Origin: Batkoa obscura
Lineage: Eukaryota
NCBI GenBank assembly: GCA_030770535.1
Contig: JASVEC010000022.1
Span: 310,001-374,000 of the forward strand
DNA length: 64,000 nucleotides
Direction of reading: 5' to 3'
Under the pieces are notes generated by a model, which saw only the letters and a program-made list of their open reading frames with translations, did not search any database and was not told where the DNA came from. This document shows positions 23,390 through 36,147 of the stretch, piece by piece (within the stretch, counting starts at the first letter, position 1; each line of letters opens with the position of its first letter). The position numbers and the translations under genes are program-made.

Positions 23390-25098
23390 CTACTTACTAG
23401 AACTATTAATATTCCACAATTTAATCGTACAATCCGCTGACGCAGTAGCAATACAATTTAAACTTTCTTTAGGGTTAAAAGAGATATCGTAAATTCTACC
23501 TTTGTGCCCATCTAACCTTTGTAGTAATTGGGCATCATCCTAAAACAAAAGCATAAATAAAACAAACCAAAAATGAATATATATAATAGTAAACATTTAA
23601 AACATTTAAAATAATTGCAGCCATTATAAAAGCGCTGACTTATAGCATTCAACAGACAAAAAAACTTACTTCTTCTGGCCCAATTAAATAAACATAGGCA
23701 TGTGGATCGGAAGAACCAGTAGCAAATAAATGCCATTGATTTTTGTCATTATTGCTACTATCATTTAACAACTTCTTATTAACTGCTAGCATCGAGCATC
23801 TTATTGGCCAATTTAAATTTTTATACCCTTGTAAAGAATGGGTCATGGTTAGCCTATTGTTATTATTTATTGTTGTATTATTAATTTCATTTGTTATACT
23901 ATCATTAATAGTGTCATTAATGTTGCTGCTGTTATTATTGATTTTATAAATTCGATTGATATTATCATATGAATTAACTCCTAATGTTGTTGAATTCGTA
24001 GAATTAATAGGTTGACATAAATATGAAATAGGTTTGTTTGTTGGATCGTTTATTATGATATCCAATGGACTAGCTTTGCCATCTTTATTATTTAAATACC
24101 TCAAATCCCATGTTTTTATAAGTCCCTTAGAATCTCCTGTAAATATTATATTTCCTTTATTATCTGGTATATGTCTAATAAAATATATTGTATTATTATA
24201 TCACTATCATATTAAATAAACTATACAACTTACAATGTATTTATCATTGAATCATTTTCCGCTTCCATAATACTTTTATCATTATAGCTATTACTATCAA
24301 TAATAGTTAAATATTTCCTACTTGTACCTGTAGCTACTAAATTTGAATTCTCTCCCCCATATTGAATACATTGAGGAAATCCTTTGGTTTTAACTGAAGA
24401 TAGTAGCTTGTTACTATTAATATCAAAATAACGAATAGTAGAATCAAATGATGCAGAAACTAAAGTAGTATTTGTTCTACTAGTAGTTATATCAGATACA
24501 TTTAACCCATGTTGATTAAAACTTTGTATTTCTTTTTTTTTATCTAAATCCCATAATTTGACTGTTTTATCAAACGAACCTGATAAGACATAATTCCCAT
24601 CCCAACTGTACTTTATTACATAAATAGCTCCTTTATGCCCAGTTAACTCATGTTCTATATTAAATAATTTCCGTTTCTGTTGATTCTTATTTTTTAATGT
24701 TTCTCTCTTAGTTGCGGCTAAGATTTTATGAATTTATTATTTAAAGATAAAATAAAACAAAATAAAAGCTTACTATAAAATTCCATCTTATTATACTTTT
24801 GATTTAATTTACCATCTCCGCTATTATTATTGCTATTCCTATTATTATCTATAACACCATCATTTAAAGCACTGTTGCTACTATTATTACTATCGTTTGT
24901 ATCACTCTTTTTACTACTAAAGTCAAGAAATGGATCTACTTTTTTATTTTTATATAATGTCACTTGGTTTGTTAAATCAAATATTGATTTCTTTAAATTT
25001 CTATTTTCAACTTCTAAATTATCAATTTTGTTCCTTAATTGTTTAATTTCTTTCATTAATTTTTCTAGTTGTATCTTTTCATGTTCTTTTTCTTTCAT
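23390..25098 (-). CDS. Coiled-coil + WD40-repeat protein, multi-exon (start uncertain)
   Basis: GHKGAIY..SGSFDKTVKLWD, SASFDSTIRYFD, GHKGRIY..TASADCTIKLWN repeats; N-terminal heptads. Confidence 0.85.
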
Positions 25099-26230
25099 CC
25101 TTTTACTTTATTTTTTTATAGTCTCTTTTGCTTAAAAAAACAAGTCGTTATAGGATTGCTATTTTCATTAAATTGTTAGTTTGTTTTGAATCTAAATTTG
25201 GAACTTTAAATTTTTGGATGGTTTGTAATTTTTATATTTTAAAATGGTTAAAATTATTCTCATGAGTCATTTTATTGAATTGAGATTAGTTGTCTAAATT
25301 TAAATAACTAAATTGGGCATAATTTTTTAATGAAATCTCTGGTTAATTTTAACTATAAATCAAAATTTATAATTACCCAAAAAAAGGGAGAAATAACATT
25401 ATTTTTATATTTACTACACAAAGAAAAATTAAACTTCAATTTTTGGAAAATCCCCAATCTAAAATTTTTTTAACTTGAATAATTTTAAACAATAAAATAA
25501 AACAAAATTGCAACTTTAAACCTAATGATAAAAAAGCTAAGACAAGCTAAAATTCACAACATCATTAACAATGCTATTTCTGTTGATATTAGTGAAAATA
25601 TCATTATTAAGAATAGTAACTATAGTGTTTATAAGGTGGACTGTATTGATATTTCGAAGGTTACTTACTTTAAAAAAAATCAGCCTATAACTAAGCTTTG
25701 AAAAAGTAAAAGGTTTAGAGCATGATAAAAATAAAAAACAGAGTGGTAGTATAAGTAAAATTAAAAATTTTAGTAATGAAAAGTATTTAAAGATAGTAAT
25801 TTATTTGATATCAAACAAATTATTAAGAATATCCCCTTTTCTTATTTTTAAAACTTATGTTTTAAATGATTTTTTATATTTAAACTTATTGTTTAGTTAA
25901 AATATTAAATTATTTTTTATTTAAATATTCACTTGCTGGAATTCATTATTATTAGTTTATATTATAATTTCGAATTTAATTGATTTTTAGCTTTATAGCT
26001 CAAAACACTTTGTTTAATATATTTTATAAAAAATAAGACTGATCGTAATATTCAAAATTAAAGTTTTAAACAATAGTTTTTAAGTTTTAATCAGTCAAGA
26101 CCTTAAACAGAAATAAAGGGATTTCAACAAAAATATATAGTTACCTTAAACAAAATTTAAGCATAATCTTTATTTAAGTCTTCTTTAATTTTAGCTAACG
26201 AATGAAAATTTAAAATCTTCCAAAATATAT

Positions 26231-26539
26231 TTTATTCAAAAAAATGGTATACTTGTAGAAAAAAATTTGGCGCATTCAACAAATAAAATTTAATTAAACT
26301 TCTAAAAAAGTACTATTTTTGCATAAAAAATTAATTCATCTGATTGGGAGAAATTTTATATGCTTTATTTTATAACTAAGCTTTTAAGCTTGTTATTTTT
26401 ATATCAAAACTAGTAAACTTTTCCTAAATAGGTGAATGATTTTTTTTGCAAAGTTAGTGAAATTTTTAGAAGTTTAATCAAATTTTGTTCGTTAAATGCG
26501 CCAAATTTTTTTCTATAAATATACCATTTTTTGAATAAA
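26231..26539. repeat. Imperfect fold-back element (~120-bp arms)
   Basis: tttattcaaaaaaatggtatac..tagaaaaaaatttggcgcatt vs aatgcgccaaattttttct..atataccattttttgaataaa. Confidence 0.8.
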
Positions 26540-27079
26540 GTGTAAGGGCGAAAATACGCTATTTTTGAAACTTTAGAACTACACTTAAATTAATTTCAAT
26601 AAAATTCCAATGAATATTTTCAACTTTTTTCAATCTCTTTCAACTTACTATTTTTTTAAGAAATAATGAAACAAATAATACATTGTGACTTTCAGCATTT
26701 AACTAAAAGACGTGACAAAAAGGCAAAAAGGCAAAAAGATCCAAACTTTTTACTAATTTGATTAATAGCTCCAGTTCTATTAATATTAATGGTAATAACG
26801 TTAATAGTAACAGTAGTATCAATAGTAATAATTTAGTTAATGCTAATAGTTCTAATGCTATTCAAAGAAATAATGTTACTTTTAATCAAACTTTCAAAAA
26901 ACTAAAAGGTTGTAGACGTAACAAAAAATAACAATAATAATGATAAAGGTTCAGGTAATAAAGTTAATCAAAAATACCTTAAAGGTTATCAGTCATATAG
27001 TGAGAACCAAGCAAGTTATACTGTATTGAATGGGAACGGGAATATCAATAATGATACTAATAATGATAACTTATTAGCG

Positions 27080-27653
27080 TAAGTCTTTTATTTTTTATTG
27101 ATTTTGGAACTTTAGAACTTTATTTATAATTATTACGAACTATACCTTTAAAGAGGGGGTTATCGTAGGCCGACCATGATTGAGTCAATTATTAAGATTT
27201 TGTTTACAACATTATAATGCTATTATATGGACTTGTATGAAACAATATCCAATGCTTGGAGTTTTAGCGGAAGCTTTACCCGGTTTTAATCAACAGCTTA
27301 TATATACTTATAACAAAGACTTGATTAGAGTGTATCCTTCCTTTAATATTAATATTCAAGACTTTAGTTATGTCAAAGGTAATTTAAACCTTGAAGTTAA
27401 TGATAATGTGTTCTATGATAAAATTACAGTGGTTATTGATGAACCTACTATTCAATCAAAATTGCAATGGGATAGCCAAATTTCACGTGGAGTTTATAAC
27501 TCTAATGAAGGTAATGAGTTGAATCATTTAATGGGTTATTTGGATTTTATTAACAAAGAGTATCTTAAAAATAATAATTTGTTCAATCCTAAACATATTG
27601 TTAAGGCTGCTTCTTTTTCTTATTTTAAAAATTATACCTTAAATTATTCTTAA
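27080..27653 (+). pseudogene. Degenerate FCP1/NIF-like HAD-domain gene, probably a pseudogene
   Basis: GRP*LSQLLRFCLQHYNAIIWTC, NKDLIRV, TVVIDEP, NELNHLMGYL resemble NIF motifs; in-frame TGA at 27177; no DxDxT. Confidence 0.4.
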
Positions 27654-28223
27654 TATATTAAGCTATTCCTTTAGTAAATGTATTAAAACTATCCCTGTTT
27701 TATTATTATTATTATTATAAGTAAATTTTTGCTAATTAATATTAATTGATATTATTATCTATTTTATACTATAACAAGTTCTGCCTTATTTAAATGCTTT
27801 GATGAGGTTTAGGCTTGTTTTGTTAAGGTAAATTAAAGAGAATTATCGTTATGAAAGTGTATAAAGAAAAGTAGAAAAGTCTTTAAATAAGGATAAGAAT
27901 AAAACGGGAAAGAAGAAGGAAAGTGTTCAAATGAATACAAAAGAAAAGTGAAAATGAAAGTGGGAAGTATTGGACCTGGATTGTTTTTTACAAATAATAG
28001 AAATGAATTCAATTAAGATAAAATGCTTATAATCTATAAAAATATGGATATTACAATCAAAGTCGAGCTGAATAAGATATTGGTATAAATAATTGTAATT
28101 GACGTTAAAAATGGAAGCAAGTGATATGAAGAAGAATAAGTAAAATCGATTATTAAGTTTAATTGTAATTTTTTTAATTAAAATAATAGTCAAATTAATT
28201 AACATAGAAAACAAACTATTAAA

Positions 28224-28323
28224 TGGGGATGTATTTTTTGTTTAAGAATTTTACTAACAATATTTCCACTCAAATAGCGCTTAAAAAATGAAAAAAATAA
28301 TGAAACAAAAAAAAACATCCCCA
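28224..28323 (+). mobile_element. MITE family 1
   Basis: TGGGGATG...CATCCCCA. Confidence 0.75.
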
Positions 28324-28412
28324 ATAAAATATTTTATTATTTAAAAAGCTTAGTATAGAAAATAAATAAATAAATTTATTATTAAAAAAAAACCCTCCCC
28401 CTTATTTTTCAA

Positions 28413-29596
28413 TTAAAAAGGATAATCCTCTTCAAGAGCAACTAATGGATGAGCTTCATTATGTTCTTTATTATTATTTTGTAATTTGTTATCTTCATTA
28501 TTATCTTCTTCTAATAAAAAATCATCCAAATCTTCCGAACTTAATTGTAATAAGCTAGCTTCATTACTTGTTTCTAAAATTATTATTATTATTATAAATT
28601 AAGTTTTATTTATTATATTATATTTTACCTGTTTTTTTATCTTCTATTTTGTTAATTAATGGATATAAATTCCCTTGTTCCATACGTAATTGATATTCTT
28701 TTAACATTTGTTGACTAAATAAATCAATTTGTTCTTGATGTTTTTTTCTATTATAATATAAAAGTAAAAAAATTAACAAAACAATTTAAAAAATTTCCTA
28801 TTATTATTATTATTGAAAACTTACTTTAATTCTACTTTGACTTTTTCAAATTCAAAATATTCCGCTTCTTTCCATTGTATTAAATTTAATTCACTTTCTT
28901 CTAAAGATAATTTATCTATCACCCCTTGGATTAAGTTAAATTGAGTTTTGATTTTTTCTATTGAAATATTTAAATATACTAATCAAATAAACTAAAATAT
29001 TCATTTTTACTTACCAATCTTTTCATTAATAATCTTCAATTCCTTATTTACTTCAGGTAAATATGATAAATTAGTATTTAATTCTTGTAATTTTATTTTT
29101 TGTCGATATTGATTTTGGTGTATATTGATTATTAATTCATTAATTTGCTATTAAAAATTATTATTATTATTATTATTATTTATAATGTATTAAAAAGAAT
29201 TAAATATTACATTACATCTTGTATTATTTATTATTGCTGTTTCTTGTATTTCACTCCAATTTGTTTCAAATCTGTTTTATCATAAAATAGCGTTTAATTC
29301 ACATTGTATTGTTTAAAATCCTTTTATTTACCTCTTTTTTATTTGACTGTTTCTTAATTTCTCATTCCACTTCTCATTCCACTTATCTCCTTTTTCATTT
29401 ACTTCACTTTATAATAAATCCAAAATTTTCAATTTCAATCCATAACAATTCTAATTAATAAACTTACTTTTCTTGTGTGTTATTAAATCTAAAATATTAT
29501 CAATAAATATCTATTTTATATTAATAATTAAATTATTTAAATTTACTTAAAATTTAATAATGAACTTAATTTGGAATTATTTAAACTATCAAACAT
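28413..29596 (-). CDS. Multi-exon coiled-coil protein, dysbindin (BLOC-1)-like; 5' exons tentative
   Basis: Spliced segments RFETNWSEIQ, KLQELNTNLSYLPEVNKEL, FSQQMLKEYQLRMEQGNL, EDLDDFL resemble dysbindin as recalled. Confidence 0.5.
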
Positions 29597-29743
29597 TCCA
29601 ACTTATAAAATAAAATAAAAAGATAAATCATTAAAATTGAATTTTTCAAATCTAAAACTAAACTTTAAAAATTTCAAAAAAAAAATATAAGTTTAAAATA
29701 AAGTTATTTTATTCAATATCTCAATAATAATAATATTTTTTAT

Positions 29744-30882
29744 TTATAAAAAAAACAATAGAAATGCCAATAAAGTAAGTATTACAATAAGTATTGGAAT
29801 AAGTATAGAACTCTTAACATCACTTACTTTTTCTCCAATTTTTTTAACTTTTTTAAAAGCGGATTGTAATTTATCTTGAGTAGTATCCATACGTGTATCG
29901 ATTTCTTCAATTATTCTATTAAAAAAAAATACTTGTATTAACATTTCCCTTAATATACAAAATACAAAATATTATTTACTCATTATGTAAATCTAATTCT
30001 TGATTTACTGTATTTGCTATTTCTTTTAGATTTTTGACTGTACCTAAAATAGAATCTAATTGTTGATCTTGTTGTTCTATTATCATCTAAATAAATAATA
30101 GAGTTGTAATTTCATTTTAAATTATTTTAACTAAATTATTTTAATTACTTGATTCTGTGCACTTAATTGTTGCCCATTGTTTGTTTCCATATTATTATTA
30201 TCCGTATAAATTGGTTCCATTTCAATTGAATAAGAAGAAGAATACTACATTATAAAAAAGATTATTATAATAATTAAATTAATAAATTAATATTTACTTG
30301 TTGTTTCTTTTTTATTCCTTTCAATACACTTTCTGGATCAGATATAGCTTCTTCAATATCCTTAATTTTTTAAAATAATTTAATTTTTAAATTATTAAAA
30401 CTATTATTATTTGAATTAATACTTACTCTAACTTTTTTTTTAATATCTAAAACATACTGTTGTCTTTTTATTAATTCACTATTTTGAATTTTAAATTGTT
30501 CTCGATTTTCTTTGGCCATAGGTATTTTAAAAAAAGTTAATGATAATAAATTTAAAATCAATTCCAATTAAAATTAACATTTAAAAATAAAATAAAATAA
30601 AAAGGATATTTATCGCATCTTGTAAATCAATTAAATAATTATTGATTTCATTTATGTTTAATTCAATTTCTTTAGTTGTATTTTTATATTCTTCATTATT
30701 TAAATCCTTAATTCCTTTTAATATCCTTAACCAACTTTTAAATAATTGTTCAATTTGAGTTATATTTTCTTGTACTTCTCTACATCAATTAATTGATAAT
30801 TAGCTTTTATAAAAGGATAGTGAAAAAAATGTAATGAAGTTTACTTCTGTACTAAAAAAAAGGGATCTTCGTTAAAATTCAT
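29744..30882 (-). CDS. Syntaxin-6/Tlg1-like Qc-SNARE, multi-exon, with an AT-AC intron
   Basis: N-terminal EDPFFLVQ, SNARE motif MIIEQQDQQLDSILGTVKNLKEIANTVNQELDLHN, C-terminal TM anchor. Confidence 0.88.
30522..30609 (-). other. U12-type (minor spliceosome) AT-AC intron, 88 nt
   Basis: 5' ATATCCTTT, branch-like TCATTAAC ~14 nt from a 3' AC; splicing gives in-frame DLQDAI-T-MAKENREQF. Confidence 0.85.
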
Positions 30883-31096
30883 AGTCAAATATTAATAATT
30901 TTTATATAAAAAAAATAAATAATAGATTTGAATTTGGAATTCTTCTAGAATCGATTTTAAGCCACTCAAGCATACCATTTCACTCCATTTAAAATCTAAT
31001 TCATTGATTGGTTAGAATCTCAAATTAAAACTAATACTTGAATTTTTTATTTGAATTTTTTTTAATTTTTTTTTATCAATTAATATAATAAACACA

Positions 31097-31771
31097 ATGG
31101 AATTACATCATATTGGAAAACATTGTTCATTAACCACATGTAAAAAATTAGGTAAAAGATAATATAATATAATATTCACTTTTATGTTTTAATACTTTTT
31201 TTTATTAGATTATTTACCTACTAATTGTACTTATTGTCAAAAAGATTATTGGTAATTTAATAATAAAATAATAAAATAGAAAGCTTATTAATATAAATTA
31301 ATTTTATAGCGAAGATCATTCGAACCCAGAAAAACATAATTGTGAATCTAATCATGTTATAAGAGATGTTAAAGTACCGGTATGTCCTATTTGTAATCAA
31401 CCAATACCAGTCAAAAAAGGAGAAATACCAGATAGAAAAGTGAATCTTATTATTATTATATTATTCTTTATCAATTAACTCTTTTAAATTAGGTCAACGA
31501 ACATATTAATTCAGGTTGTAAAATCAAAGAAAAAAAAATTGAAACATGTAATGCTAAATCTTGTAAAACAAAAATAACTCAAGTGTTTCATCAATGTAAA
31601 TCATGTCAAAAAAAATATTGTTTAAATCATCGATTACCAGAAGAACATGAATGTCAATTAATTAATACTAAAAATAATTACAATTACAAAAGCAACAATT
31701 TACATAATAATAATAATAGTAACAACAAACTAAAATCAGAAAAAAAGAAAAACAAGTGTATAATCTGTTAA
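31097..31771 (+). CDS. AN1-type zinc finger protein (ZFAND2/AIRAP-like), 4 exons, C-terminal CaaX-like CIIC
   Basis: MELHHIGKHC..C..LDYLP..C..C...C..H...H.C, VPVCPICNQPIP, second AN1 finger. Confidence 0.85.
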
Positions 31772-31849
31772 CTAATTTAAATAATCTAATATCCTCTTCT
31801 CTTTTCTTTATTTCAAATAAATATATAAAATTTATAAAAACAATTTAAT

Positions 31850-32995
31850 CTAATTATTATTCATATAATTCTTTGGCATTGGACAATGATTAGCATAATG
31901 ACCTAATTGATTACACTAAATTATAAAGATAATTATTAATATGAAATTATTAAAAAATGGGTTTAGAAATATAAACTTACCTTAAAGCATGTGACTTCTT
32001 CTAGTGGTCTTTTATTATGGTTATTATTATTTTGATTATTATGTTGATTTCTTTGATAATTATTATTTCGATTTAAATTCATTTTATTTTGTTGATTCAT
32101 ATTATTTCTCTGATTCCCCATCGGTGTAAATTGTGTGTTCTAAATATTAAAATTAACTCAAATTCCTTATAAAAATTGAAACTTTTATCAACTTACCTCG
32201 TCCTTATTTTGATTATTGAAATTATTTTGCATATTATTTTGATTATTAAAATTTACTTGATTATTGAAATTATTTATCATATTTTCTTTATCCTTCATTA
32301 CAGGCAATTCAAACTTTGGACTAAAATAAAATATTAATAAACTATGCAAAAAGATAAAAGCTAAACCACTTACTGTCCATTACTACACTCTAAACCAAGT
32401 GGACAAAATCCATTTAAATACAATGCACAAGGTATTTTTCTTACATGTTTACTTTTACAATTCGGGCCTAAAAATCAAATTAATTAAAATTACTACTTCA
32501 AGACCAAATCCAATCCTACTTACCATGCTTACAAAACCCTCTATTATACCAAGGGCATTCAGGAATTTTATTCAATGGATCAATATGTAAATAGATACAT
32601 TCTTCCCCAGAAGCACACTCTCCATATTTAGAATAAAACCAACATTCTGGCATCTTTTTTAAATTATATTCATGTAAAAATTCACATTGATCTTCTTTTT
32701 TACATAATCCTCTTAACCAATGTTTACATACTACTGCTTTTTCCATACGTATATGTTTGTAAGGACAACTTAAGCCCCGATCGCATTTGCCCTTTAAGAA
32801 CTGCAGACACACTCCACCAGAAGCTAAATGAAAATTAATTTGTTGGTAACTAAAAAGAAGTTTATTGAACTTACTATTCTTTTTATTCTCTCCATAGATA
32901 TCTAAGCCTAAACTATTGATAACATAATCTTCAAACTTAAACTTAATTTCAACATCGTTTTGTAAATTAAATAATTTCGTGCTGGATTGGACCAT
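31850..32995 (-). CDS. YTH1: CPSF30/Yth1 cleavage and polyadenylation factor subunit, multi-exon
   Basis: VVCKHWLRGLCKKEDQCEFLHEYNLKKMPECWFY; five CCCH fingers; C-terminal CCHC knuckle. Confidence 0.93.
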
Positions 32996-33746
32996 AATTA
33001 TAAATTTTTTGTTTTCTTAGTTTAATATGTATTGATAATTATAAAAGTTGAAATTCTCTTTTTTATTTATATATACGTCTTCTTTTGTTTTCTTTTTATT
33101 TACTAGTAACTTTATAAAACAATAATAAAATATAAAAAGTTTAATATTAAGTTTAGATTTGTCAGTTTATTGAAAAATAGATAAATGACAATGCTTCAAA
33201 CTTTTATAGTTGTTTCAACCAATCATTTTAGAATGTTTTAGTTAAGCATTTTTATAGTTAAAATATTACTAATTTTAATAATATTAAACAAAAGATTATA
33301 TAGGATTATGCTATTTTAATATTACATTAAAGTTTTGCTTCTACTTTCATTTAAGGTTGCCTTTATAAGGCTATGAAATAGAGTTATACTGTTAATTTAA
33401 CCAATATTTTAATAATTTAAGTAGTTTTTAAAATGATCGAAGATAGATTTACTTGTTAGAACAGATAATGAAATCTTAATATAAGTTATTTTGTTAGGGA
33501 TATTATAACTATAAATAATTTAGATAAAAAGCAAAGTATACTATAAACTCAACTTTCTTTGAGAATTTGACGTAATTATAATGAACTATTATATAAGTAA
33601 AATACTTGATTAAAATCATATAACTTACGATAAAAAACCCATCATCTGTTAAACTATAAAAAGAAACAAAATATAAAATATACTACCAAAAAACTACCGA
33701 AAATAGATTTATTAACTCTAAAAAATATGAAGGTATTAAACACCGT

Positions 33747-34153
33747 TTATTTTAAAGTTTCAAAAAGTTTTGGTGCAAGCTAAAGTAAAAAAATATTAAT
33801 AAACTTTTCTCATAATACTATATAATAATAATAAAACCTACACATTCATCCACACAATGCATATAATGGAAAAATTCTTCAACACAATCTTCTTTAGATC
33901 CATTAGCTACTCTTTCTTCACACTCTTGAAAGTGATGTTTAGCTGGTGTACATTTGGCTGAGTTACCGCATTCTTAATTTATATGTTAACAGTATGTTCT
34001 TACTTAAAGTTTTCAAAAACTAATGTTACCTTCAGCTAAAGCAGGTTTAGTATCTTCAGGTTCTTCTTCTTCTTCTTCTTCTTCAACAACTTCTTCTTCT
34101 ACTTCTTCAGCATAAACTGTTGGGAAAAAACTATCATAGATTGTAGAAAGCAT
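33747..34153 (-). CDS. QCR6: Cytochrome bc1 subunit 6 (hinge protein), 3 exons
   Basis: Acidic N-terminus, ECGNSAKC..HHFQECEERV..EDCVEEFFHYMHCVDEC-LAPKLF. Confidence 0.9.
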
Positions 34154-34408
34154 CTTTATTTATTTAGTTTAAAAGTTTAAATATAAAAAACTATTAGTTT
34201 CGAAAATTTCAATCGTATTTTTTATCGATTAAATTTTATCTTTAATCAAATCTCAAGCTCATCTGTAAATTTGTTGATTTTCCAATCAAATCACAGATTT
34301 TTTCTACTAATAATCAGCCTTTTAATAAAAGAATCAAATTTATTATGGGAAATTTTAGTTAAAAAACGAAACAGCAATTTATTGAATTGAAGAAAGACCA
34401 AAATAAAA

Positions 34409-35405
34409 TCAAAAATTAGTAATAAATAATCCCAAATCTTCATTTAAGGCATCACAGGCAAATGATGGATCCATAAAATTAAGGCCATTGGTTCTATCCT
34501 CTTTTTTAGTATCTTCTCTCTCTTCGTTTTCTTTATTTTCAAAGTTTAATGCGTTGTTACTTAATATCAAATCCTCTTCTTGTTCTTTATTTAAGTCCAA
34601 TACATCATTGTATAAATTATCGAAAAAATTAAAAATGTTATTGTCATTATCATTATTGTCGTTTTGATTTGTGGTATCATTTTTTATTTTACTGTTATGA
34701 TTTTCTTCTTTTGTAATAGCATTGATTTCATTTAATATTAATTTGGGACCATAATAATGAGTTTGGTTAGCAGAAAACGAAAAGTCATCTAAAATAAAAA
34801 TTCATGTCATAACTATCATAATTAAAAATCTCATTAAAAGAAAGTACCTTTTTCATTATTATTATTTGCTACTACGTCACTCTTTATTTCGTTATCAAAA
34901 AACTTTTTCCTTCTTTTATACTATTATTAAAAAATACAATATTTAGTTCAAACTCTATTTTTGGTATATATAAAATACTTACTTTATTAACATCACATTC
35001 CAAATTATTTAAACTACTTTTAAAATAATCTCTGGGAATATGGATAACTTTATCCCCAATCCTAGTTATTGACTCTTCTCCTTTTTTATTATTTTGTTCT
35101 TTGATACTAGTGAATGAGATACTTTTAGCTATTAATTTAGCTTTCTTTTTAAGTATATTGTTATTTAATTTTGGCTTGACACTAGTTGTGATGGCTGTTT
35201 CAATAGGTTTGCTATTTTCTTCAATTTCGTTCCATAAAGAATTTTGACTATCGTTATCTTCAAATAATTGAGATTTGGGTTTTTCAATATGTGAGGGTTT
35301 TAAGGTAGAGACATCAAATCTTGTAGTATAACTTAATAAATTAAAACTACCATTACTCGAGATTATTTGTTCATATTGTTTTATACGTTGAGGATTGATA
35401 TTCAT
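34409..35405 (-). CDS. Hypothetical protein, probably one multi-exon gene
   Basis: Two same-strand ORFs joinable by GT-AG introns; no recognised domain. Confidence 0.5.
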
Positions 35406-35499
35406 TGAAATTATTTATACAAAAAATGGATTTTAAAAAAATCAAATTAGCAGTGTTTTAATTTTGTTTTCTGATTTTATTGATATTATAAATACCATA

Positions 35500-36075
35500 A
35501 TGAGTGAAGGTTATATTGAATGTAAATAAATTCAGGATTCAATTTATTAATTAAATTGTATTTTTAATTATTATTATTTTATAGCCTTAAGTAAAATTGA
35601 ACAACTTAAAGAAATTATAGAAACAGATGAACAAGCGGTAAGTTAAATTTTATAATAAAAATAATCAACTTTAATATTTAATTCCATTTTAAAATAGATT
35701 AAAGATTTAGAATCTCGAATTCAAAAGAATGAAGAAGCTATTAATTATTTAGAAGAAAACATAGGTAACTTAATATTATAACAATAATTTTATTTTATCT
35801 TAGTTATTTAATATTCAACCATTCTATAGATATAAATAAACAATATTTAAACTTTGGTCCCATCTTTTTAAAATTTAAAAATGATAAAGCTCAACTATTA
35901 TTAAATCAAGGTAACTATTATTTATAGTATTAATATTCTATTTATTGATTGATTTATATTAAAAGAAAAAAGAGAAATGAATAAATTTTTAAAAGAATTA
36001 CAATCAAATATGAAATCGAATACAAGTAAATTAACTTCATTAAAAAATAATGTACCTAAAGTAATTTATAAATAA
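35500..36075 (+). CDS. Prefoldin-beta-like protein (PDRG1-like), 5 exons
   Basis: Spliced: LSKIEQLKEIIETDEQAIKDLESRIQKNEEAINYL...YLNFGPSFLKF...; coil-hairpin-coil pattern. Confidence 0.65.
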
Positions 36076-36147
36076 AATTATATTATAATATATAATACAA
36101 AGAACATTCTAATCTATTTTAATTTATTATATTTTATATATTTTATT

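Noticed and set aside
23512..25135. Hydrophobic Leu-rich ORFs
   Set aside because: Antisense or off-frame shadows of Asn/Lys-rich WD40 exons
27927..28214. 95-aa ORF
   Set aside because: TTG start, low-complexity AT-rich composition, no motif
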